This document shows, piece after piece, positions 25,649-32,000 of a stretch of DNA of 32,000 bases (positions are counted from its first letter, which is position 1; the number at the start of each line of letters is the position of its first letter). The DNA comes from an archaeon (GTDB lineage: Archaea; Iainarchaeota; Iainarchaeia; Iainarchaeales; CSSED10-239). The notes beneath the pieces were generated by a model. That model saw only the letters and a list, made by a program, of their open reading frames with translations. It searched no databases and had not been told where the DNA came from. Where the stretch lies: positions 9,763-41,762 of the forward strand of contig JBAYPN010000005.1 in assembly GCA_041677685.1 (NCBI GenBank). The letters run 5' to 3'. The translations under genes and the position numbers were made by a program.

Positions 25649-25835
25649 CAAACAATTTACTATAGGTTTTATGATATATTTACAAAATCAAAAATTAAAT
25701 GTTTTTTTAAATCTTTTTACTCTAAGATATACTATTAGGATTAGGTTAATCAATTTATAATCAGATAAAAATAATAATAAATTTTAAATTATAATAAATA
25801 ACAAATTACAACAAAAATGTAGAAAAGGAAAGCAA

Positions 25836-27158
25836 ATGAAATTTAATTTGAAAAAAACAATATTCTTTTTAACTATCTTTCTTTTAATTATTGTGATTTT
25901 TAGTTTAAGCTTAAAGGTAAGTCTTGTTGGCTTTCTAATTCTTTCTTCTTTTTATATGTATATTATTATTTCTTTTTTAATAATCTATTACACTTATCCA
26001 AACATAGAAGATAGACCCTCATTTCCAAAAAAAGTGCCAACTGTTGCAGTTATTACTTATGGTTATAATGACTTTAAACCAATTATAGAAACTGTAAAAT
26101 CTTTAAAAAAATTAAAATATCCAATTCCTTTTAATATCTATGTTATAACAGATGGAACTTGTTCTTTTTTAAAAAAATTCAAAAATGTAAAATTAATTCC
26201 TGTGGATAAAAAATACTTTCAAAAAGGAAGAAATATCAAAGCAGAGATTATGAATGAGGGTCTAAAAAACATAACTGAAGAAAATCTATTTTGTGTTGAT
26301 GGAGATACCATGGCAAATGAAAATGCTTTAATGGAGATGACTCCTTTTCTACAAGGTAAAGTTGCATCAGTAAACAGCCTATTAGTTCCACAAAACACAA
26401 ATTCTTTTTTTGAAAAAGTACAATTATTTGAATATCATATAAATTGGGGAATGTCACTTAGAATCTTATCAAGCATGAACTCAATAAGTATTCCTGTAGG
26501 TGGGATGTTTATTATTAAAAATAAAGTATTTAGAGAGCTTAATGGTTATGATGTAAATAACATCACAGAAGACAGAGAGCTTGGTTATAGACTATTAGAG
26601 AAAGGATATTCAATAAAGTTTACTTCGGTTGCAAAGTCATACACCCAAACCCCTTCAAGCCTAAGAGAATGGATTAAGCAAAGAATGAGGTGGTCTAGAG
26701 GAGAGCTTGCAACAATCTACAAACATAAGCATTTTTTATTTAATAAAAAGTTAGGTTTTTTTGGAACCTTTACTTTACCAATAACCTTTCTATTACAGAC
26801 TTTAGGAATAGCCATGGCTTTTGGTTTAATTTTTAATTTCTTCTCAAGAACCTTTGTTTCATATTATTATTTAGTTATAGAATTTATAAAGTCAGGAGTC
26901 TTTTGGATAACCCTTCCAAAATTTACATACTTTTATTTTCCTTCAACTTTACTTTTGGTATTAGTGTCTACTGTGTTTTTTATGCTCTATTCAATTAATG
27001 CTTTTAGTTTAAGTAATTTTAAATTTAAGTTAAAACACTTATTTCCATTTATAATTTTTTCAACTTGTTATGTGTTTTTGATTGGGTTTGTATATATTGT
27101 TGCAATCTTTTTAGAAATGATAAATTATAGATTACCAATTTTTAAAAGAGAAACATAA
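25836..27158 (+). CDS. Processive family-2 glycosyltransferase (chitin/cellulose/PNAG/NodC-like synthase)
   Basis: Two N-terminal TMs; a GT-A domain with VAVITYGYND, DGDT and TEDRELGYRL; the processivity motif QRMRWSRGE (QxxRW, ~26679-26705); several C-terminal TMs. Confidence 0.85.
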   Translation: MKFNLKKTIFFLTIFLLIIVIFSLSLKVSLVGFLILSSFYMYIIISFLIIYYTYPNIEDRPSFPKKVPTVAVITYGYNDFKPIIETVKSLKKLKYPIPFNIYVITDGTCSFLKKFKNVKLIPVDKKYFQKGRNIKAEIMNEGLKNITEENLFCVDGDTMANENALMEMTPFLQGKVASVNSLLVPQNTNSFFEKVQLFEYHINWGMSLRILSSMNSISIPVGGMFIIKNKVFRELNGYDVNNITEDRELGYRLLEKGYSIKFTSVAKSYTQTPSSLREWIKQRMRWSRGELATIYKHKHFLFNKKLGFFGTFTLPITFLLQTLGIAMAFGLIFNFFSRTFVSYYYLVIEFIKSGVFWITLPKFTYFYFPSTLLLVLVSTVFFMLYSINAFSLSNFKFKLKHLFPFIIFSTCYVFLIGFVYIVAIFLEMINYRLPIFKRET

Positions 27159-27266
27159 ATGTTTATAAAATAAATTGAACATAAGATATATGAATTGTTG
27201 CAAGATCTGAAAAAACAATTTTATATTAAAAGAAGATTGTAAGAAATAAAAAGAAATTGAGAGAGT

Positions 27267-27980
27267 ATGAGACAAGGAAAAGAAAAAATAAAAGAACATA
27301 AATTTAATCAAAATATATTGTTAGTTTCATTTTTATTATTATTAATTGTAATGATTGCAATATATTCTGGAATAGTCTTATACGATAAATATAAAAAATC
27401 AGAAATACAGGATGACTTTACTTTACTAAATCAACAGATTCTTTTAAATGATCTTTATAACTCTTATCTAAGTGATGTTAATTCTCAAGATCTAAAATGT
27501 GAAGTTTTAAATAAACAAATTTCTTCTCAATTAAAAATAAATGAAGAGTTGTTTGAGAGATTAAGATTAATAAATAAGAATGCAATTGTAGAAACTGACA
27601 ATTCTTTAAAATATATGTATGTTTTAACAAATATTAGGTTATGGTTGCAGTATAATAAAGTTAATAAAGATTGTAACATAGATAATGAAACTGTACTTTT
27701 CTTCTATCCAGAAATTGCAGGACACAGTTCTCAAAAAGCAATAAGTGATGCTCAAACTAAAATCTTTGAACACAGATTGGCTAAGTTGCTTGAGAAATGT
27801 AAGTATAGATCTATAGCTTTGCCATATCTAGATTATATACCTGTGCTTGACCAGATAATTAAAGATTATAATGTAACTAGTGCACCTGCAGTTTACATAA
27901 ACGGCAAAATCTATTATGAGCTTTATGATAATTATTCTGAAGAGTTTTTGCAGGAATTTGGTTGCGGTGTGGAGAAATAA
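27267..27980 (+). CDS. Membrane-anchored extracytoplasmic protein, possible thioredoxin/DsbA-like fold without CxxC
   Basis: N-terminal TM ILLVSFLLLLIVMIAIYSGIVL. In the C-terminal part, VLFFYPEIAGHSSQ sits where DsbA-like proteins carry F.....C..C. SAPAVYINGK resembles the cis-Pro loop (T/V-P-T-x-x-I-N-G). The assignment is tentative. Confidence 0.5.
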   Translation: MRQGKEKIKEHKFNQNILLVSFLLLLIVMIAIYSGIVLYDKYKKSEIQDDFTLLNQQILLNDLYNSYLSDVNSQDLKCEVLNKQISSQLKINEELFERLRLINKNAIVETDNSLKYMYVLTNIRLWLQYNKVNKDCNIDNETVLFFYPEIAGHSSQKAISDAQTKIFEHRLAKLLEKCKYRSIALPYLDYIPVLDQIIKDYNVTSAPAVYINGKIYYELYDNYSEEFLQEFGCGVEK

Positions 27981-28002
27981 TTTTCTTTTATAGTTGTGGG
28001 TG

Positions 28003-28119
28003 TTTACAGCATTTCTTGGACACATTTATATTTATGTTTGTTTAGAATAAATTTAATTTTGTGTGAAAAAGTAATAATTTTTTAGGTGTATCTTTCTACA
28101 TTATTTCTTGGACACATAT
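28003..28119. repeat. Direct repeat: the 3' end of nth duplicated ~92 bp downstream of its stop
   Basis: ATTTCTTGGACACAT at 28011-28025 and 28103-28117 (15/15), with flanking similarity (TACA..ATTTC). On the minus strand both copies read ATGTGTCCAAGAAAT (MCPRN). Confidence 0.8.
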
Positions 28120-28738
28120 TTTTTAGTGGACACTTTGAACAATTAGGAATTCTTGGTTTACAGATATTTTGTCCTAAGATAACAAAAAGGTGGTTTGTTT
28201 TTTCCCATAAGTGTGGTGGCAACTTCTCTCTTAAGATCATTTCTGTTTCTAGGGGGTTTTTAGAATCTGTATACCCAATTCTGTTCATTATCCTAAAAAC
28301 ATGTGTGTCAACACAGATGGCTGGTAGTTTAAAAGCAACACTTCTGACTAGATTTGCAGTCTTTCTTCCAACCCCAGCAAGCTCTATTAACTCTTCAATT
28401 TCTTGAGGAATGATGTTCTCAAATTTTTCTTCTAAAATCAATGGTAATTCTTTTAAGTGTCTAGCTTTAGTCTTATACATCCCAATAGGCTTAAGAATTT
28501 TTTCTAAACTCTCTAATTTAATTTTTTTAAGGTCCTCAATAGTCTTTACTTTTAAAAATAGTTTGTTGCACACTTTAGCTGTTACCTTGTCTTTTGTTCT
28601 TGCAGAAAGAATTGTTCCAATCAAGACAAAGAATGGTTTTTTTGTTTTTATTTGAATTTGTTCAGCTAAAGGTATGGTGTAATCTTTTAGTTCTCTTTCT
28701 AAGATTTTATAAACTTCTTCAATATTTATTTTTTCCAT
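28082..28738 (-). CDS. nth: Endonuclease III (DNA glycosylase/AP lyase, HhH-GPD with 4Fe-4S)
   Basis: HhH LIELAGVGRKTANLV, CVDTHVFRIMNRIG, and the C-terminal cluster CKPRIPNCSKCPLKNMC. Start is set at MEKINIEE (ATG 28738) rather than 28861. TTTATAAAAT on the minus strand at ~28766-28775 would be a TATA box about 30 nt upstream. Confidence 0.9.
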   Translation of the reverse strand: MEKINIEEVYKILERELKDYTIPLAEQIQIKTKKPFFVLIGTILSARTKDKVTAKVCNKLFLKVKTIEDLKKIKLESLEKILKPIGMYKTKARHLKELPLILEEKFENIIPQEIEELIELAGVGRKTANLVRSVAFKLPAICVDTHVFRIMNRIGYTDSKNPLETEMILREKLPPHLWEKTNHLFVILGQNICKPRIPNCSKCPLKNMCPRNNVERYT

Positions 28739-29023
28739 ATTTAATTGTATATAAAGTATATTTCTAATTTTATAAATCATGCAACATGTTACACAACTCC
28801 AAACTGTGAAAACATTTAACAATAATAAATATGAACCTAAAAGTTTAACAATGCATGACATCTTTCTATTAGATGATAATTGGGTAACTTTTTTTGTCTT
28901 TTTACAACCCCATATCTGTAGAAGACAAAGAAGTAAATAAAATGCTAGTTTGCTATTACACTTGAATTTTAGTTAAAATCACTTTGTGTTATGTAGAAGG
29001 CAGTTAAAAAATAATTTTTAGAC

Positions 29024-30316
29024 CTAAATTAAACTAACATCAGGAATTACTGAAAAGGAATACAAGGAGTCTCCAAAGAACTTTTGCTCTTTTGAAAAAC
29101 TAATGTCTTTAAGCATAGTCTTTAAGTCCCCTGAGAATGTAAAATTTGTAATTGTCTTTGTAAATTTCCCATTAACAATTTCTTTTGCACTTAATATTGT
29201 TAAAGAGAAGTTTCCTGTTACTAGGTTATTTGTATGAAAGCCAATGATACTATAAACTAAAAGTCCCTTTTTAGTTGAAGATATAATTTTTTCAATTCCC
29301 TTTGTTCCTGGTTTTTGTATAATGTTTGTATAGTCAGTTTCAATTAGTGTTTTTCTAAAACCATTTCCTGTTGGCTTCTTATTATACTTTATAGAGTCAT
29401 ACTGATCATATATTTCTTTTTTAAAAACTCCATTTTCAAAAATAACTTTTTCTGTGGTCTTAAAGCCCTCATCATCAATTGCTTGTGAGCTTAAGAAATA
29501 ATCAAGATGTGGTTTTTCCATAATTGAAAAACCCTTACTAAATATTTGTTTATTTTTGAAATTATGCAAATAACTTTCCTTTTTATTAATTAGGCTTCCA
29601 TTTGTTGCTTCCAAGATTAATTCCTCAACAAACTCAGAAGTCATCTCAGGAGTCAATATCAAAGTATATTTTCCTTTCTCCCCTGCTTGTGGGTTTGTTT
29701 GGTTTAAAGCATTTATTCTTGCTTGATTAAATGTTTCTGAAATCTTAATATCTTCTTTTCTTGTAAAGATGTTTTCATAATCTCCAGAGGATGGTTTTTT
29801 GTTCTTAGTATTTACTACAACTCCAAGATATAAGCTTGATTTTTCAATTTCAAATTCTGTGTGTGGATTGATATATAATTTTTTAAAAATATTTTTGGAA
29901 ACTTTTCCTGAATAGCTAACAATATACTTCTTTTTTTTTAGTTCTTTTTTCACTTTCTCTATAATTTCAGGAAACAAGATTTCTTTAATATCATTAGGAT
30001 ATTTTATTTTTAAATTTTCTTTATTTTTTCCAAAGTCCTTAATTTTAATTTCATTTTTTTTTAATTTTGCGTTTTTCTTAGCAATCATTATTCCTTTAAG
30101 AATATTTTCTTTGGTTATATGGTTTACTCTTGATTCTCCAAAGGAACTATTAGAGATTATCTTAATATTTAATGACTCTCCTTCTTTGATTCTTGTGTCT
30201 GAGATTTTAAAACCATCAAGTGACACACTTTCATTTTCTGATTTTGTAAAAATAAATTCTACATTTTCTTTCTTACTTAGATTTTTACAAAATTTATAAA
30301 TTTCTTCTCTATTCAT
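29024..30316 (-). CDS. pmbA: PmbA/TldE-family metallopeptidase partner
   Basis: TldD/PmbA-fold protein lacking HExxxH, lying directly downstream of tldD with which it overlaps (ATGAATAG junction). ATG 30316 is preferred over TTG 30334. Confidence 0.85.
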   Translation of the reverse strand: MNREEIYKFCKNLSKKENVEFIFTKSENESVSLDGFKISDTRIKEGESLNIKIISNSSFGESRVNHITKENILKGIMIAKKNAKLKKNEIKIKDFGKNKENLKIKYPNDIKEILFPEIIEKVKKELKKKKYIVSYSGKVSKNIFKKLYINPHTEFEIEKSSLYLGVVVNTKNKKPSSGDYENIFTRKEDIKISETFNQARINALNQTNPQAGEKGKYTLILTPEMTSEFVEELILEATNGSLINKKESYLHNFKNKQIFSKGFSIMEKPHLDYFLSSQAIDDEGFKTTEKVIFENGVFKKEIYDQYDSIKYNKKPTGNGFRKTLIETDYTNIIQKPGTKGIEKIISSTKKGLLVYSIIGFHTNNLVTGNFSLTILSAKEIVNGKFTKTITNFTFSGDLKTMLKDISFSKEQKFFGDSLYSFSVIPDVSLI

Positions 30317-31709
30317 GTTTGGTTCCACCAACAACTATATTTTTAATTTTTAGATATGGATTTTTCCCACCAACAAAAGCTGTTTGTCCACCTTTTCCAC
30401 AAAATCCAATATTTAGATCTTTTCCAACCTTGTTAGAAACTCCTTCAATATTTTTTAAATAATCAACTATATTTCCAGAGATTGAAGCTTGTTTATATTT
30501 ATCTACAATCTCTCCATTCTTATATTTGTAAGCTTGCTTTATACCAAACATAAAAGTTCCAATATTAGGGTATGTTTGTCCGCCTGAAAAGCCTTTAAGT
30601 AAATAACCATTAAAGTCTTTTAAAAGATCTTTATATTTATCTTTTCCAGTCTCAAAATAGGTATTACTCATTCTTGGAATTGGGATTTGTGCATAACTTT
30701 CTGCTCTTGCTGCTCCGTTTGGTTTTAATTTAAGTTTGGTTGAGCTTTCTAAGTCAAGTAAATAATCATTAACAACTCCTTTTTTTATAAGTTCTCTTTT
30801 CTTTGCAACAATTCCTTCTTGATCATATTTGTAAAATCCAAATTTTTTAATTTCTGGATTGTCAGTGATGTTTATTTCATGATTTTTAGTAAGTGTCATA
30901 CCTTTCTTTAACACAGATTCATTTCTAATAACTGCATCTGCTTCAAGAGAGTGTCCAATTGCCTCATGTGACAAAAGATCAGAAACCTCAGGAGAAAGTA
31001 TGATGTCTGAGGTTGTTATTGGGCAAGGTTTAGAGTTAAGAAGTTCATCTAGTTGTAAAATATTTTCTTCTATAATTTCTTTTTCTGAGTTATAATTTCT
31101 TTTTTCTAATCCTGCAAGGTATCCTATTCTAGAAAGTGCATTTTCAATATTATTATCTTTACTTCCTGTTATGAAGTTGTATAGTAAGAAGAAAGGTTTT
31201 TCTTCATAGATTTCTGCATATGGACTTAGAAAATAATTTCTTTTTGTAATTTCACTATATCTTAAAGTAGTTTCTAATAATTTAAATTCTTTAATATTTC
31301 TTTTAAGAAGCTCTTTATTAAGTTCAAGAAGTTCTTTTATTTTTGATTGTATATCTTTATTTTCAAATTTTTTATGTTTTACTATAAATTTGTTTTTGTT
31401 TTTTGAAAAATTAGAAAGCAATGTAGTTTTGTTTTGTTTTTTAGTATCTTCAATACATTTATCAATAATTTTTTTATAGTTTTCAAAAATGTTTGTGGAA
31501 CAAAATCCTAATTTTTTATTTTTATAAATTCTAATTCCAACTCCTTTATTTTCAAGTTCAATTATTTCTTTTATATCTTTTTTATCAATTATTATGTTTG
31601 TGGACTTATTATCATCTATTCTAATATCATAATAATCAAGGTCTTTAGTTTCTAGGTAGTTTTTAATTTTATCTAAATAATCTTCAATATAGTTTTTTTC
31701 TTTGCTCAT
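30309..31709 (-). CDS. tldD: TldD-family zinc metallopeptidase
   Basis: LSHEAIGHSLEAD (HExxxH) and the C-terminal glycine-rich GFCGKGGQ...GG motif typical of TldD. Paired with pmbA. Confidence 0.9.
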   Translation of the reverse strand: MSKEKNYIEDYLDKIKNYLETKDLDYYDIRIDDNKSTNIIIDKKDIKEIIELENKGVGIRIYKNKKLGFCSTNIFENYKKIIDKCIEDTKKQNKTTLLSNFSKNKNKFIVKHKKFENKDIQSKIKELLELNKELLKRNIKEFKLLETTLRYSEITKRNYFLSPYAEIYEEKPFFLLYNFITGSKDNNIENALSRIGYLAGLEKRNYNSEKEIIEENILQLDELLNSKPCPITTSDIILSPEVSDLLSHEAIGHSLEADAVIRNESVLKKGMTLTKNHEINITDNPEIKKFGFYKYDQEGIVAKKRELIKKGVVNDYLLDLESSTKLKLKPNGAARAESYAQIPIPRMSNTYFETGKDKYKDLLKDFNGYLLKGFSGGQTYPNIGTFMFGIKQAYKYKNGEIVDKYKQASISGNIVDYLKNIEGVSNKVGKDLNIGFCGKGGQTAFVGGKNPYLKIKNIVVGGTKHE

Positions 31710-31782
31710 TTATATATATTGTTACTTTCTTTTTATAAACATATTTTTTTCTTTTTTTTCTTCTAATCTCAAGTCTTTAAAA

Positions 31783-31859
31783 ATATTTGTGTTATCCAAT
31801 ATTATTGTTTATTAAACATATTTGTGTTATCCAATATTATTGTTTATTAAACATATTTA
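31783..31859. repeat. Perfect 35-bp tandem duplication (2 copies plus the first 6 nt of a third) in the tldD/pilin divergent intergenic region
   Basis: ATATTTGTGTTATCCAATATTATTGTTTATTAAAC at 31783-31817 and 31818-31852, followed by ATATTT. Each unit carries a TTTATTAAAC TATA-like box. Confidence 0.92.
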
Positions 31860-31873
31860 TAAAAGATAGATTT

Positions 31874-32000
31874 ATGACAGAAAATATGAACAGAAATAAA
31901 AACAAAAACATTTTTAAGAAAAAATCAATCTCCCCATTAATTGCAACTATCCTTTTAGTTGTTGTTGCTGTGGTGTTAATTGCAGTAGTCTTAACTTGGG
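31874..32000 (+). CDS. Archaeal type-IV-pilin-like protein with class III signal peptide (5' partial, runs off the window)
   Basis: MTENMNRNKNKNIFKKKSISPLIATILLVVVAVVLIAVVLTW has a basic leader then (S/G)ISPLIATILL and a hydrophobic helix. This is the conserved archaeal pilin N-terminal domain processed by the PibD/EppA-type prepilin peptidase. Confidence 0.7.
   Translation, partial: MTENMNRNKNKNIFKKKSISPLIATILLVVVAVVLIAVVLTW

Noticed and set aside
113-25812. Recurring TTACAAAT-like motif in several intergenic regions (about 113, 3086, 3145, 3171, 11356, 25803) as a possible shared promoter element.
   Set aside because: A rough composition-based estimate predicts about half a dozen chance occurrences of such an 8-mer on both strands of this window, so there is no enrichment.
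27828-28025. 65-aa minus-strand ORF starting MCPRN.
   Set aside because: It is created by the duplicated nth 3' fragment and otherwise runs antisense through the end of the Trx-like gene, so it is not an independent gene.
28739-28861. 41-aa N-terminal extension of endonuclease III (MSCIVKLLGSYLLLLNVFTVWSC...) implied by the longest ORF.
   Set aside because: Homology to Nth begins at MEKINIEE (ATG 28738). The extension is hydrophobic and Cys-rich with no counterpart in Nth proteins, and a TATA-like box lies inside it at the right distance from the 28738 start.
28862-29023. Small hairpin TTTGTCTT...AAGACAAA (~28894-28937) between nth and pmbA as a terminator or sRNA.
   Set aside because: It has an 8-bp A/T-rich stem with a ~21-nt loop. 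No T-run follows it on the strand where it would lie downstream of pmbA. The evidence is insufficient.
1115-30299. Many 60-140 aa ORFs in the supplied track that lie antisense to, or out of frame within, strongly supported genes. These are 1115-1348(-), 2199-2612(-), 3303-3554(-), 4581-4829(-), 5941-6195(-), 6487-6828(-), 8046-8411(-), 8661-9062(-), 9888-10103(-), 10104-10388(-), 12925-13206(+), 15994-16188(-), 16453-16692(-), 17231-17419(-), 20712-20936(-), 22048-22299(+), 22462-22665(+), 23950-24144(-), 24949-25149(+), 26248-26457(-), 28086-28406(+), 28410-28655(+) and 30111-30299(+).
   Set aside because: These are shadow ORFs, typical of AT-rich coding DNA where the antisense strand of AAR/GAR-rich genes is stop-poor. 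Their translations are low-complexity (F/L/S/I-rich) with no motifs, and each is fully covered by a gene with clear family signatures.
732-31859. CRISPR array or mobile element explanations for the various tandem and direct repeats.
   Set aside because: Each repeat has only 2-4 copies with no unique spacers of CRISPR-like size. No cas, transposase, integrase or terminal inverted repeats are present, and both tRNA genes are flanked by housekeeping genes rather than integrated elements.

Overview
Strongly AT-rich archaeal chromosome segment using the standard genetic code. The archaeal call rests on archaeal-type ribosomal proteins, aIF2 gamma and aIF5B, Rpo7/Spt4, Alba and a class-III-signal pilin. 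The small Lys/Asn-rich proteins suggest a reduced-genome, DPANN-like lineage, but I cannot verify this without a database search. All calls are made by eye from motifs and gene order; no BLAST, HMM or folding was run.

Layout:
- 0.3-6.9 kb: the conserved archaeal information-processing supercluster L7Ae-S28e-L24e-aIF5B-S6e-aIF2gamma-PIN-Rpo7-Spt4-S24e-S27ae. All genes are on the + strand and most are preceded by GGTG/GGAGG Shine-Dalgarno motifs.
- 7-13.5 kb: CPBP protease; a ~600 bp gene-free gap with a candidate structured RNA; a type-II P-type cation ATPase with a non-canonical M4 ion site; a Trbp111/CsaA-like tRNA-binding protein; tRNA-Ser(GGA); SufS; TraB.
- 13.5-17.1 kb: a 1189-aa secreted, C-terminally anchored surface protein with FN3-like domains, rich in N-glycosylation sequons.
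- 17-21 kb: geranylgeranyl-reductase-family flavoprotein, HAD hydrolase, tRNA-Gln(CUG), TrpRS, Alba, DUF378.
- 21-28 kb: a 484-aa orphan protein, then an envelope-glycan cluster. The cluster holds a GT-C transferase, a Dpm1/GtrB-like GT2, a GtrA flippase-like protein, a processive QxxRW GT2 synthase, and a membrane-anchored thioredoxin-fold-like protein lacking CxxC.
- 28-32 kb: endonuclease III, the PmbA/TldD pair, and the 5' end of a type-IV-pilin-like gene.

No rRNA, CRISPR array, transposase or integrase was seen.

Most worth a second look:
- the orphan 484-aa protein (faint PolB N-terminal/exonuclease-like pattern);
- the candidate ncRNA at ~7.6-7.8 kb;
- the surface protein together with the glycan module;
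- a possible L7Ae-binding K-turn over the L7Ae Shine-Dalgarno;
- a recurring habit of short local duplications, three of which copy the stop-codon region of a gene just downstream of it.
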